A stretch of 52,456 bases of DNA from an uncultured Pirellulaceae bacterium. GTDB lineage: Bacteria > Planctomycetota > Planctomycetia > Pirellulales > Pirellulaceae. Both the position numbers and the translations under genes were made by a program. Below, piece by piece: positions 37,442 to 46,670 of the stretch (positions within the stretch are counted from its first letter, which is position 1; the number at the start of each line of letters is the position of its first letter). Under the pieces are notes generated by a model, which ran no database searches, had not been told where the DNA came from, and was given only the letters and a program-made list of their open reading frames with translations. The DNA lies in contig CAYNVI010000001.1 in the NCBI GenBank assembly GCA_964400585.1, positions 1 to 52,456 of the forward strand, read 5' to 3'.

Positions 37442-38128
37442 TTAGGGGGCGACGTCAGCCAAGTCGCGCATCACCACGTTGATGTCTTCCAATCGCTCCA
37501 CGCGATCGAACTGCGCGGAAACTTCGGTGGTGTGCGTCACCAACAGCAAGCTGATCTCCTCGTCGCGGCAGGTTTCGCGGATCAACTCGATCACCGCCCG
37601 CTGGTTGGCCGGATCGACGTTGGCGGTCGGCTCATCGGCCAGCAGCAGTTTGGGCTGACAGGCGATCGCCCGGGCGATCGCCACCCGCTGTTGCTGGCCG
37701 ACCGACAATTGCGCGGGGCGGTAATGCGCTCGGTCGTGCAAACCGACCCGCTCCAGCAGCTCGCGGGCGCGGCTCGGGTCGGGGCGATGCCGCGCGAAAG
37801 ACATCCCCAGGCGAACATTTTCCAGGGCCGTAAAGCCGGCCAACAGGTTGAACGTCTGGAAGACGTAGCCGATCGCCGCGGCGCGGAACCGATCCCGCCC
37901 CCCTTCGCTCAACTGCACGATGTCGATATCGCCCACCACCACCTGCCCCGAATCGACGCTGGTCAGCCCCGCGATGGCGTGCAACAGCGTCGTCTTGCCG
38001 CCGCCGCTGCGTCCGCTGAGGACCACTTGTTCGGCAGCGTCCACCGTCAGCGACGGAATGTTCAACACCTCAAGACGGCCGCCCCCCGGCTGAGGGAACG
38101 ACTTGCGAAGGTTGGTGATGCGAAGCAT
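37442..38128 (-). CDS. ABC transporter ATP-binding protein (MacB/LolD-like)
   Basis: Walker A GRSGGGKTTLL, Q-loop, signature LSVGQQQRVAIARA, Walker B LLLADEPT, H-loop VTHT. Confidence 0.92.
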   Translation of the reverse strand: MLRITNLRKSFPQPGGGRLEVLNIPSLTVDAAEQVVLSGRSGGGKTTLLHAIAGLTSVDSGQVVVGDIDIVQLSEGGRDRFRAAAIGYVFQTFNLLAGFTALENVRLGMSFARHRPDPSRARELLERVGLHDRAHYRPAQLSVGQQQRVAIARAIACQPKLLLADEPTANVDPANQRAVIELIRETCRDEEISLLLVTHTTEVSAQFDRVERLEDINVVMRDLADVAP

Positions 38129-38178
38129 GGCCTCGACAGGGGTTCAGAGGAAACAAAGGAGGAAGCAGGGGAGACGCA

Positions 38179-38691
38179 TCAGCGGCCCCGCATGGCCCGT
38201 TGCAGGCCGCGTTTCGTCTCGCGGTCCCGCATCGCCTGCCGTTTATCGTGCAGTTTTTTCCCTTTGGCGAGCCCCATCACACATTTGGCAAGCCCGCGGG
38301 CATTGAAATAAACCCGGAGCGGGACCAGGGTCAATCCGCGTTCGTGGGCGCGGCCGGCAAACTTGTCCCGCTCCCGCTTGTGGAGCAACAACTTGCGAGC
38401 CCGCCGCGGGTCGTGGTTCCACATCCCGGCATTGGCATAATGGGCGATGTCGGCCCCGATCAGCCACAATTCGTCCTGTTGCTGGCGAATGTAGGCTTCG
38501 TTGAGCGAGAGTTTGCCATCGCGCAACGATTTGACTTCGCTGCCCATCAGCACCATCCCGCACTCGACCGAATCGAGGATTTCGTACTCGTGCCGGGCCT
38601 TACGGTTTTCCGAGACGAGGGTGATTCCCGCGTCGCGTTTCGCTTTGCCGCCGCCCTTGGCAGTTGCTTTCGTGTTCTTTTTGCTGGCCAT
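38179..38691 (-). CDS. smpB: SsrA-binding protein
   Basis: ENRKARHEYEILDSVECGMVLMGSEVKSLRDGK...WNHDPRRARKLLLHKRE...GLTLVPLRVYFN...GLAKGKKLHDKR is the canonical SmpB sequence. Confidence 0.95.
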   Translation of the reverse strand: MASKKNTKATAKGGGKAKRDAGITLVSENRKARHEYEILDSVECGMVLMGSEVKSLRDGKLSLNEAYIRQQQDELWLIGADIAHYANAGMWNHDPRRARKLLLHKRERDKFAGRAHERGLTLVPLRVYFNARGLAKCVMGLAKGKKLHDKRQAMRDRETKRGLQRAMRGR

Positions 38692-38985
38692 GAGCCCGAT
38701 TGTACCGCCCCAGCGGCTGACTCGAAGGTGGTCTCCGGCGGCAGAAAACGCCCGATCACGCCGGGGGGGCGGTGAACGCGGAGGGGTGGGTGACGGTTCA
38801 CTCCCGGAATTCGTACACTAAAGTCGGTCTGAAACCCACCTGCGGGCGGCCCACCGGGCACTTCCGCTGCAGCGGCCCGCGAAAGTCCCGCGGCGATCCT
38901 GCGGGGTCGGTTTCAGCCCACGCCTAGGAACGGTTCGCACCCCAGCCCGCGACGGTTCGTTTTTTAACTCAGCCCTGAGGATCCA

Positions 38986-39921
38986 ATGGCCTTTCGACTG
39001 CCCGTAGTTGCTGACCCCCAAATGCCGGAAAACACTGCGACCAGTGGCAGCGGACGGCTTCCGCGGTGGCTCAAGCGACCGGTTCCGAAAGGCAACGTCA
39101 ATCACAAGACGGCGGAACTGATGGAAGAGTTGCGGCTGGAGACGGTCTGCGACAACGCCAAGTGCCCCAACCGGATGGAATGTTTCAGCCAGCAGACCGC
39201 CACCCTGATGATTTTGGGGAACGTCTGCACCCGACCCTGCGGGTTTTGCGCGGTCCATCGCGGGCGTCCGCCGGCGGCGCCGGAGGCGGACGAACCGGCG
39301 CGGGTTGCCGAAGCGGCGGCCCGCTTGGACCTGAAGCATGTGGTCCTGACAAGCGTCACCCGCGATGACCTGCCCGACGGCGGCGCCGACCACTTCTACC
39401 AGTGCGTCGTCGCGGTTCGCGAGCGGACGGGAGCGACCGTCGAGGTCCTCACCCCCGATTTCGTGCACTGCAAAGCAGCGCTCGCGCGGGTCATCGAAGC
39501 CGCTCCCGAGGTTTTCAACCACAACATGGAGACGGTTCCGCGGCTGTACCGCCGCGTGCGGGGACCGAAGAGCGATTACCGCTGGACGCTGGAGATGATG
39601 CGGCGGGTCAAGGAGCTGAACCCGGCGGTCCGGACCAAGAGTGGGCTGATGCTGGGCCTGGGCGAGGAGCGCGACGAGTTGCTGGAAGCCTTCGCCGACC
39701 TCCGCGAGTACGGCGTCGACTTTTTGACGCTGGGCCAATACTTGCAGCCGGGGGAGAAATACCTGCCGGTCGTCCGCTACGTCCACCCCGACGAATTCGC
39801 GGAGCTGGGCGAGATCGCCAAGTCGATGGGATTTGTCAAAGTGGCGAGCGGGCCGTTTGTCCGCAGCAGTTACCACGCCCGCGACATGGCCGAAACCGAG
39901 CTGTTCACAGCTGACGGCTGA
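38986..39921 (+). CDS. lipA: Lipoyl synthase
   Basis: RLPRWLKRPVP, the auxiliary cluster CPNRMECFSQQTATLMILG and the radical-SAM motif CTRPCGFCAV. Confidence 0.95.
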   Translation: MAFRLPVVADPQMPENTATSGSGRLPRWLKRPVPKGNVNHKTAELMEELRLETVCDNAKCPNRMECFSQQTATLMILGNVCTRPCGFCAVHRGRPPAAPEADEPARVAEAAARLDLKHVVLTSVTRDDLPDGGADHFYQCVVAVRERTGATVEVLTPDFVHCKAALARVIEAAPEVFNHNMETVPRLYRRVRGPKSDYRWTLEMMRRVKELNPAVRTKSGLMLGLGEERDELLEAFADLREYGVDFLTLGQYLQPGEKYLPVVRYVHPDEFAELGEIAKSMGFVKVASGPFVRSSYHARDMAETELFTADG

Positions 39922-39965
39922 GCCGACCGCGTCTGGGCGGAGGGGAGGCGCCCGCAGGCTGGCGT

Positions 39966-41153
39966 CTAGATCCCCAGCTCCTGCTTCACCGCCGCGAATT
40001 GTTCGATCGCGAACGTCAGGTCGCTTTCGCTGTGGGCGGCGGAGACCTGCGTCCGGATGCGAGCTTTTCCGCGGGGGACGACCGGGAAGGAAAAGCCGAC
40101 GACGTAGACGCCGCGGGCCAGCATCGCTGCGGCCATCTTCGTCGCCAAGGCCGCATCGCCCAGCATGATCGGGACGATGGGATGTTCGCCGGCCACGACC
40201 TCCAGCCCCAGACGCGCCAGTTGATCGCGGAAGAACCGCGTGTTCGCTTCCAGGCGATCGCGCAGCTCGGTCGATCCCTGCAGCAGCTGCAGGCAGCGGA
40301 GCGAAGCGGCGACGATCGGGGGGGCGACCGCGTTGGAAAAGAGGTAGGGCCGGGAGCGTTGCCGCAGTAGCTCGACAATCTCGCGGCGACCGCTCGTATA
40401 GCCGCCGCTGGCCCCTCCGAGCGCCTTGCCGAGCGTGCCGGTCAGGAGATCGATGCGGTCGATCACATCGTGATGTTCGTGCGTCCCGCGTCCGCGAGCT
40501 CCCAGGAAGCCGACGGCATGGGAATCGTCGACCATCAGCAGGGCATCGTACTTATCGGCCAGTTCGCAAATCGCCGGCAAGTTGGCGATCGTACCATCCA
40601 TCGAAAAGACCCCGTCGGTCGCGATCAGCCGGAACCGCGCGGATTGGGCCTCTTTCAGCTGCCGCTCCAAATCAGCCATGTCGTTGTTCTGGTAACGGAA
40701 CCGGGCCGCTTTGCAGAGCCGAATGCCGTCGATGATGCTGGCGTGGTTGAGGCTGTCGGAGATCACCGCATCTTCGCCGGTCAGCAAGGTCTCGAAGAGC
40801 CCGCCGTTGGCATCGAAACAGGACGTGTACAGGATCGTCTCTTCGGTCCGCAGGAAATCGCTCAGCTCCGTTTCGAGCTTGCGATGGATGTCCTGCGTGC
40901 CGCAGATGAAGCGGACCGAAGAGAGCCCGTAGCCGCGTTGGTCGAGCCCTTCATGGGCCGCCTTGATGATCTCCGGATCATCGGACAGCCCCAGATAGTT
41001 ATTCGCGCACAGGTTCAGGACCTCTCGCTGCGCTCCGACCGACACGTGGGCCGCCTGCGGCGAGGTGATGATCCGTTCGTCTTTGTACAGTCCCGCTTCG
41101 CGAATCTCTCGCAGCTCCGCGGCGAGATGTTCTTGAAACCTTGCGTACGACAT
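39966..41153 (-). CDS. kbl: 2-amino-3-ketobutyrate CoA ligase (glycine C-acetyltransferase)
   Basis: This is the C-terminal 395 codons of the 865-aa track ORF, starting at ATG 41153 ([29 protein letters not shown]). NNYLGL and the PLP-lysine motif [17 protein letters not shown] are present. It starts 2 nt after the tdh stop. Confidence 0.92.
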   Translation of the reverse strand: MSYARFQEHLAAELREIREAGLYKDERIITSPQAAHVSVGAQREVLNLCANNYLGLSDDPEIIKAAHEGLDQRGYGLSSVRFICGTQDIHRKLETELSDFLRTEETILYTSCFDANGGLFETLLTGEDAVISDSLNHASIIDGIRLCKAARFRYQNNDMADLERQLKEAQSARFRLIATDGVFSMDGTIANLPAICELADKYDALLMVDDSHAVGFLGARGRGTHEHHDVIDRIDLLTGTLGKALGGASGGYTSGRREIVELLRQRSRPYLFSNAVAPPIVAASLRCLQLLQGSTELRDRLEANTRFFRDQLARLGLEVVAGEHPIVPIMLGDAALATKMAAAMLARGVYVVGFSFPVVPRGKARIRTQVSAAHSESDLTFAIEQFAAVKQELGI

Positions 41154-41155
41154 GC

Positions 41156-42181
41156 TTACTTCCAATCCAAAATAATTTTCCCCGACTGCCCCGAAAGCAT
41201 CACGTCGAACGCTTCCTGGAAGTCGGGGTAAGCAAAGCGATGGGTGATCACCGGGGCGATATTGAGTCCGCTGTCGAGCATGACCGACATCTTGTACCAC
41301 GTTTCGTACATTTCTCGACCGTAGATCCCCTTGATCGTCAACATGTTGAAGACGACCGTGTTCCAGTCGATCGCGATCTCTTCGGCGGGAATCCCCAGCA
41401 TCGCGATCTTCCCGCCGTGGCACATGTTGGCCAACATCTCGCGGAACGCCGTGGCGTTGCCCGACATCTCCAGGCCGACATCGAAGCCTTCCTGCATGCC
41501 GAGTTCCCGCTGGACATCGCCCAGGTTTTCGTGGCGGACATCGACGATCCGGGTCGCGCCGAGCCGCTGGGCAAGTTCCAGTCGCCACGGATTGACATCG
41601 GTGACGACCACGAACCGCGCCCCGGCGTGCCGGGCGACGGCGGCCGCCATGCATCCGATCGGTCCCGCCCCGGTGATCAACACGTCCTCGCCGAGGATCG
41701 GGAACGAGAGTGCGGTATGGACCGCGTTGCCGAAGGGATCGAAGATCGCCGCCACGTCGCGATCGATCTCCGGTCGATGGTGCCAGACGTTCGTCATCGG
41801 CAGGACAACGCGTTCGGCAAAGGCGCCGGGTCGGTTGACGCCCACCCCCAGCGTGTCCTTGCAGAGGTGCCGGCGCCCGGCCAGGCAGTTGCGGCAGAGA
41901 CCACAGACGACGTGCCCTTCGCCGCTGACGATCTCGCCGGGATGGAAATCGACGACATTGGAGCCGACCGCGATGATTTCGCCGACAAATTCGTGGCCAA
42001 CCACCATCGGGACCGGAATCGTCTGTTGCGCCCAAGCGTCCCACTGGTAGATGTGGAGGTCGGTGCCGCAGATCCCCGTCCGATCGACACGGATCAACAC
42101 GTCGTTGATCCCGTAGTCGGGTTCGGGAACCTCTTCGAGCCACAACCCGCGTTCGGCTTTTCGTTTGACCAGCGCTTTCAT
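41156..42181 (-). CDS. tdh: L-threonine 3-dehydrogenase
   Basis: [21 protein letters not shown]..., [42 protein letters not shown]. Confidence 0.93.
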   Translation of the reverse strand: MKALVKRKAERGLWLEEVPEPDYGINDVLIRVDRTGICGTDLHIYQWDAWAQQTIPVPMVVGHEFVGEIIAVGSNVVDFHPGEIVSGEGHVVCGLCRNCLAGRRHLCKDTLGVGVNRPGAFAERVVLPMTNVWHHRPEIDRDVAAIFDPFGNAVHTALSFPILGEDVLITGAGPIGCMAAAVARHAGARFVVVTDVNPWRLELAQRLGATRIVDVRHENLGDVQRELGMQEGFDVGLEMSGNATAFREMLANMCHGGKIAMLGIPAEEIAIDWNTVVFNMLTIKGIYGREMYETWYKMSVMLDSGLNIAPVITHRFAYPDFQEAFDVMLSGQSGKIILDWK

Positions 42182-42274
42182 CGATCCTTCCCCGGGGCGG
42201 GGCCACTTGAAAAACGCTCCAGTCTAAAGCGACCGCGTCGTTTGAGCAGCGGGGCGATCGGCCGCCCCCCCGCT

Positions 42275-43129
42275 TCACGGCTGGTCGCTGGAAACGGCGC
42301 TCCCGGCCGCCTCGTCGGACGCCTCGGAGGCATTGGACGCGCTCGCTTGCTCGTCCGGAAGCCGCGGTGCGGTGTTCGACGAGTCGGCGAGCCCGGGGGG
42401 CAGTTCCATGATCCGCAGCTTGCGAAAGTGGATCTCGCGGCCCTCCGATTCGAGGCAGAGGTAACCCTTTTTGAGCGAAGCGTCGCGGATCCCGTTGACG
42501 AACTTGCCGTTGACCGACAGCTTCACCGAGCCGTCGACCGCGACGACGACATAATGATTCCACTGGCCGACTCCCTTACAGCGATTCTCCAGCGATTTGC
42601 TCCGCGATCCCCGCGGGTTCTCGGGCGTGGCCGTCATGTCGCCAGCGGCGAACAGCTCGCCGTGGACATAGGCGATCGGAGGCAGCGTGCCATCGGGCCG
42701 GCGATGCTGGTTGACCCAGTCGAGCTCCAGCATCTGCACCTCCATGCCGGTGGGGAGGCGATTGGAGCGGGGTGTGGCGTCGCTCCAGAGGAAGATCCCG
42801 GAGTTGCCCCCCGGTTCCATGTGCCGCCATTCGACTTCGAGGATGAAGTTCTCGTACTGCCGTTCGCTCCGCATCACGCCGATCGGCTGCCCCGTGCAGA
42901 CGAGCAGCCCATCCCGCACCGACCAGGTGGCGGGCGAAGTGTTGACGTCGACCCAGCCACTGAGGTCCTTGCCGTTGAAGAGATCGCGGAAGACGAGTTC
43001 TTGGCCGCCGGCGGTCGCTCCGAGGCCGGCCAGCAGGAGGAAGGGCAGGGCGGCCCGGATCGCAGCATGTTGCCGGGCAGCGGGCGAGGATCCGCAGCGG
43101 AGGGAGGGAGGCAGGCACACGGGAAACAT
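42275..43129 (-). CDS. DUF1080 (3-keto-disaccharide-hydrolase-like, LamG fold) secreted protein
   Basis: [34 protein letters not shown]...[12 protein letters not shown]...GNSGIFLWS...[10 protein letters not shown], followed by an acidic Ser/Ala-rich tail. Confidence 0.85.
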   Translation of the reverse strand: MFPVCLPPSLRCGSSPAARQHAAIRAALPFLLLAGLGATAGGQELVFRDLFNGKDLSGWVDVNTSPATWSVRDGLLVCTGQPIGVMRSERQYENFILEVEWRHMEPGGNSGIFLWSDATPRSNRLPTGMEVQMLELDWVNQHRRPDGTLPPIAYVHGELFAAGDMTATPENPRGSRSKSLENRCKGVGQWNHYVVVAVDGSVKLSVNGKFVNGIRDASLKKGYLCLESEGREIHFRKLRIMELPPGLADSSNTAPRLPDEQASASNASEASDEAAGSAVSSDQP

Positions 43130-43445
43130 GATCGTTGTCCTTCGGGGCGGAGGGAGCGGTTCACGGGGCAGGGAGGGTCCACTTAGCTGTCAGAAAACCG
43201 CCCCTCATCCTATCCGCCTCTCGCGTGATCCGCTGCGCGGCGGCGGTGGAGCCGGGCAGCCGGGTCAAGTAAGGTAGAAAGGGATGCTGGCGAAATCCCT
43301 GCGGCGTTTCGAACACGCCGCCCGCTTCCCGCTCCTCGGCAACGAGCGAGCGGACTGGTAAATGATTTCCGCACCAGTCCTGCGCCGCGATTGCGACGCG
43401 TTGCCCCCCGACTCTCCGTCTCCCCTTCCCGACTTGAATGCCGCC

Positions 43446-44825
43446 ATGCTTTTGCGTCTGTTTGCTGCCTGTTGCTTACTTTCGATCGCCGCCTCGCTGC
43501 CCATGTCCGCGGTGGCAGCCGACCCGCCCAACATCGTGATGATCATTTCGGACGATCAGGCCTGGAACGATTACGGCTTCATGGGGCACCCGGTGATCGA
43601 AACCCCGCATCTCGATCGCTTGGCTCGCGAGAGCGTGGTCTTCCGGCGGGGGTACGTCCCGACGTCCCTCTGCCGTCCTTCGCTGATGACCCTGATCACC
43701 GGGCATTATGCGCATCACCACGGGGTGACCGGCAACGATCCCTCCCCGAAGTACGCCGAGAAGGGCTCGCAGCTTTACGCCCAGCGACGAGCCCAGCTGA
43801 TCTCCAACATCGATCGCTTTGAAACCGTCCCCGAACGGTTGAGCGAACGGGGTTACCTCAGCTTCCAAAGCGGAAAATGGTGGGAAGGGAACTATCGCCG
43901 CGGCGGGTTTACCGCGGGGATGACCCGCGGGTTCCCGCAACCAGGAGGTCGCCATGGGGATGATGGCCTGAAGATCGGCCGAGAAGGAATGGAGCCGATC
44001 ACCTCCTTCATCGATCGGGCGGACGCGGCGGCGAAGCCGTTCTTCCTGTGGTATGCCCCCTTCTTGCCTCACACCCCGCACAATCCCCCGAAGCGGTTGC
44101 TGGAAAAGTACCGGCAGCCCGGACGGCCGATCACGATCGCGCGTTACTACGCGATGTGCGACTGGTTTGACGAAACCTGCGGGACCCTGATCGATCACCT
44201 GGAAGCCAAAGGCTTGCGCGAAAATACGCTGATCGTCTACGTCACCGATAACGGGTGGATCCAGAATCCGGGAAAGAACGGCTATGCTCCCCGTTCCAAG
44301 CAGACGCCGTACGAAGGGGGCGTCCGCACCCCGATCATGTTCTCCTGGCCCGGCGTGCTGCCGGCAGGCGAGCGGCCGGAACTGTGCAGCAGCATCGACA
44401 TCGTGCCGACGATGCTGGCCGCTGCCGAGGTGCCGGTGCCCGACAGCCTGCCCGGCTTGAACCTGCTGCCCGCGCTCCGCAGCGGAACGCCGCTGGAGCG
44501 GAAACAAATCTTTGGAGAAAGCTTCGCCCACGACATCGCCGATATCGAGGACCCCGAAGCGTCGCTGCTGTACCGCTGGGTGATCGAAGGTCCCTGGAAG
44601 CTGCTGCTGACCTACGATGGCGAAGTCAATCGTTACGTCAGCACCCATCCCCGCGAGGACCGCCGTCCGCAACTGTATCACCTGATCGACGATCCCGCCG
44701 AGGAGACCAACCTGGCGGGCAAACATCCCGAGATCGTGGCCCGCCTGGCGACAGCGATCGAGCAGTGGTATCCGCTGGAGGAACGAACGGCGCTCACCGA
44801 GTACCCCGCCTCGCAGGACGAGTAA
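43446..44825 (+). CDS. Sulfatase-family (alkaline-phosphatase superfamily) protein with a non-canonical C-x-P-x-L active-site motif
   Basis: Track ORF 43362..44825 trimmed to ATG 43446 (signal MLLRLFAACCLLSIAASLPMSAVAA). NIVMIISDDQAWNDYGFMGH; active-site segment PTSLCRPSLMTLITGHY (Cys codon 43671..43673); VYVTDNGW. Confidence 0.85.
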   Translation: MLLRLFAACCLLSIAASLPMSAVAADPPNIVMIISDDQAWNDYGFMGHPVIETPHLDRLARESVVFRRGYVPTSLCRPSLMTLITGHYAHHHGVTGNDPSPKYAEKGSQLYAQRRAQLISNIDRFETVPERLSERGYLSFQSGKWWEGNYRRGGFTAGMTRGFPQPGGRHGDDGLKIGREGMEPITSFIDRADAAAKPFFLWYAPFLPHTPHNPPKRLLEKYRQPGRPITIARYYAMCDWFDETCGTLIDHLEAKGLRENTLIVYVTDNGWIQNPGKNGYAPRSKQTPYEGGVRTPIMFSWPGVLPAGERPELCSSIDIVPTMLAAAEVPVPDSLPGLNLLPALRSGTPLERKQIFGESFAHDIADIEDPEASLLYRWVIEGPWKLLLTYDGEVNRYVSTHPREDRRPQLYHLIDDPAEETNLAGKHPEIVARLATAIEQWYPLEERTALTEYPASQDE

Positions 44826-44833
44826 GCGATCGT

Positions 44834-45685
44834 TCAGCCTTGCCGGTCGGGGAAGGGGTCGTCGATCACCTCGAACGACCAATCGGGGGCGGCCAGATCG
44901 GTTTGGCCGCTGAGCACCAGCGAGCCGTACTGGGCGACGCCGGTGTGGACCGTCAGGTTGGCCGCCAGCCGAGCCGTCCCCGGATGATGCGTGTGACCGC
45001 AGAGGACACGGAGTTGCCGATCGGGATGCGTCTCGGCGGCGTGCCGCAGCATGCTCCCCAACTGCCCGCAGACAAAGAAGGGAGCCCAGGCATCGTCGGT
45101 CGTCTGGCCGAGGTACCAGCAGGCCTCGCGGAAGGGCGGCACATGGGTCAGCACGAAGACCGTTTCGTAGCGATCGAGGGCGTCCAGCAATTTCGGTTCG
45201 AGCCGTTCGGCGGCTTCCCGGCCAAGGGCGATCAAGGCCGCTTTCCGCGCTGCCGTATCGAGCGGCTGGAAGTCCTCGATATGGTCGAAATCGGCCAGCC
45301 GGATCGGGGTCCCTTCGTAGTCGCCGACGGTGGCATCCCCCCAGCCATCTTCCCCGACGATGCCGACCCGGTCGGTCAGCCGGAGATCCCCGCAGTCGCT
45401 CAGGTAGTGCAGCAACGGGTGGGCGCGCGTCAGGTCGACGATCCGCCGTCGCGCCGTGGCGATCCGGCGTTGATAGAAATCGTGATTGCCGAGGATGAAG
45501 TAGATCGGGCGGGCCAGGCTGTCGGCCAAGCGACGCAGTTGGAAGGAGACGTCGGAGCCCTCCGAGATATCGCCGGTCAGCAGCAACGCGTCCGCTTCGC
45601 TGCGCCCGACCGCCTCGATAAACGCCTCCCAGGTCGGCAGTTGCACATGCGTGAAATGGGGATCGGTAAGCCAGGCGATGCGCAT
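44834..45685 (-). CDS. Calcineurin-like metallophosphoesterase (cytoplasmic)
   Basis: Track ORF 44834..46231 trimmed to ATG 45685 (MRIAWLTDPHFTH). Motifs LLLTGDISEG, ILGNHDFY, VLTHVPPF, LCGHTHH. The ATG shares one base with the upstream stop (TGATG). Confidence 0.85.
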   Translation of the reverse strand: MRIAWLTDPHFTHVQLPTWEAFIEAVGRSEADALLLTGDISEGSDVSFQLRRLADSLARPIYFILGNHDFYQRRIATARRRIVDLTRAHPLLHYLSDCGDLRLTDRVGIVGEDGWGDATVGDYEGTPIRLADFDHIEDFQPLDTAARKAALIALGREAAERLEPKLLDALDRYETVFVLTHVPPFREACWYLGQTTDDAWAPFFVCGQLGSMLRHAAETHPDRQLRVLCGHTHHPGTARLAANLTVHTGVAQYGSLVLSGQTDLAAPDWSFEVIDDPFPDRQG

Positions 45686-46539
45686 CAGCTGTCCGCCTGT
45701 TCCGCGGCGATGCCCGCGTAGCGATGGATGAACGCCGCGATCGATTCGGCGACATACGACAGGTCGCGGGGGTCGGTCGACAGCAGGTGATCGGCCTGAT
45801 CGAGCGTCAACAGGCTGGCCGGCGGCGGATCGCTTCGCGTGGTCGAGGGCGTGCCGGCCAACTGCAAGATCCGCAACGCCTGGTCGTAGCCGACTGTCGT
45901 ATCGCGGGGGGAATGGCAGATCAGCAGGGGGACAGCGACTTGCGGGATCAGCGCGGGGAGCCGATGACGGCGGAAATCTTCCAGCATCTGGGCGGTGATC
46001 TTCCAGGGTCGCCCGCCGATCGTGACTTCGCCGATGCCCGCTTCGGCGATCTGCGGATTGCTCCGCACCATCAGCTCGGCCAAGTGCTGCGTGTCGCTGG
46101 GGGCCGCCAGGGTGGCGACGGCGGCGAGTTTCCGCCAACACGATTCGTCGGCAAGCTGCGGCCGGGCGGCGGTCGCCAATGACGCCGCCCCTCCAAAACT
46201 CATCCCGATCAAGGCCGAGGGCGGCGCCCACTCGGCGTCAGCGAAACGGCCGGCCGCCCGCAAATCGGCCAGATTCGTCGTGAAATTGGTTTCGGAAAAG
46301 TCGCCTTCGCTGCCCCCTAACCCCGTCATGTCAAAGCGGAGGACCGTCACCCCGTGCTCGGCCAGAAACCGGCTGATCCGCACGATCGCCTTGAGGTCCT
46401 TATTGCACGTAAAGCAGTGCGCGAAAACCGCCAGCGGGGGCGGATCGCACTCGGTCGCCTGATCGACGATGCCCGCCAACGGAAACCCGTTACCGCCATC
46501 GAACCGCACGCGCTGACTGACTCGGCGAGATCGGATCAC
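45685..46539 (-). CDS. Alpha/beta hydrolase
   Basis: Track ORF 45685..47211 trimmed to the in-frame GTG 46539 (start uncertain). LAVFAHCFTCNKDLKAIVRISRFLAEHGVTVLRFDMTGLGGSEGDF; nucleophile elbow LIGMSFGG; PLLICHSPRD; ADHLL. Confidence 0.78.
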   Translation of the reverse strand: MIRSRRVSQRVRFDGGNGFPLAGIVDQATECDPPPLAVFAHCFTCNKDLKAIVRISRFLAEHGVTVLRFDMTGLGGSEGDFSETNFTTNLADLRAAGRFADAEWAPPSALIGMSFGGAASLATAARPQLADESCWRKLAAVATLAAPSDTQHLAELMVRSNPQIAEAGIGEVTIGGRPWKITAQMLEDFRRHRLPALIPQVAVPLLICHSPRDTTVGYDQALRILQLAGTPSTTRSDPPPASLLTLDQADHLLSTDPRDLSYVAESIAAFIHRYAGIAAEQADS

Positions 46540-46567
46540 GAAACTATCGGCTGCCTGGCAAGGGTTG

Positions 46568-46646
46568 CAAGCTCGGGTGGCGAGCGCGGGGTGCGAGCGC
46601 GGGTGGCGAGTGCGGGGTGCGAGTTCGGCCGGCGAGCACGGGTGGC
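46568..46646. repeat. 13-nt tandem repeat (GCGAGYGCGGGKK), about 5.5 copies
   Basis: GCGAGCGCGGGGT GCGAGCGCGGGTG GCGAGTGCGGGGT GCGAGTTCGGCCG GCGAGCACGGGTG at 46580..46644, with a partial copy before it. It lies in the spacer between the floA stop (46671) and the hydrolase start. Confidence 0.9.
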
Positions 46647-46670
46647 CACGAAGGGTTCCCGCCCGGGCGC

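Noticed and set aside
38692-38985. tmRNA (ssrA) next to smpB in the smpB-lipA spacer
   Set aside because: The spacer is under 300 nt. It has no tRNA-like acceptor pairing (5' GGGG... with 3' ...CCACCA), no GGTTCGANTCC T-arm and no tag reading frame. It has only generic GC hairpins and a T6 run before lipA.
41154-42563. N-terminal 470 codons of the 865-aa track ORF 39966..42563
   Set aside because: Only the last 395 codons (from ATG 41153) are the kbl gene. The upstream part reads through tdh in the wrong frame and gives Arg/Gly/Pro-rich sequence. tdh itself (41156..42181) has unmistakable zinc-ADH motifs in another frame.
41141-43186. 681-aa plus-strand ORF
   Set aside because: It is antisense to tdh and the DUF1080 gene, both of which have clear motifs on the minus strand.
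43476-45755. 759-aa minus-strand ORF, one of the longest in the track
   Set aside because: It runs antisense to the plus-strand sulfatase (which has clear motifs) and then out of frame through the phosphoesterase gene. The product is Arg/Pro/Gly/Ala-rich with no motifs. It is a typical high-GC shadow ORF.
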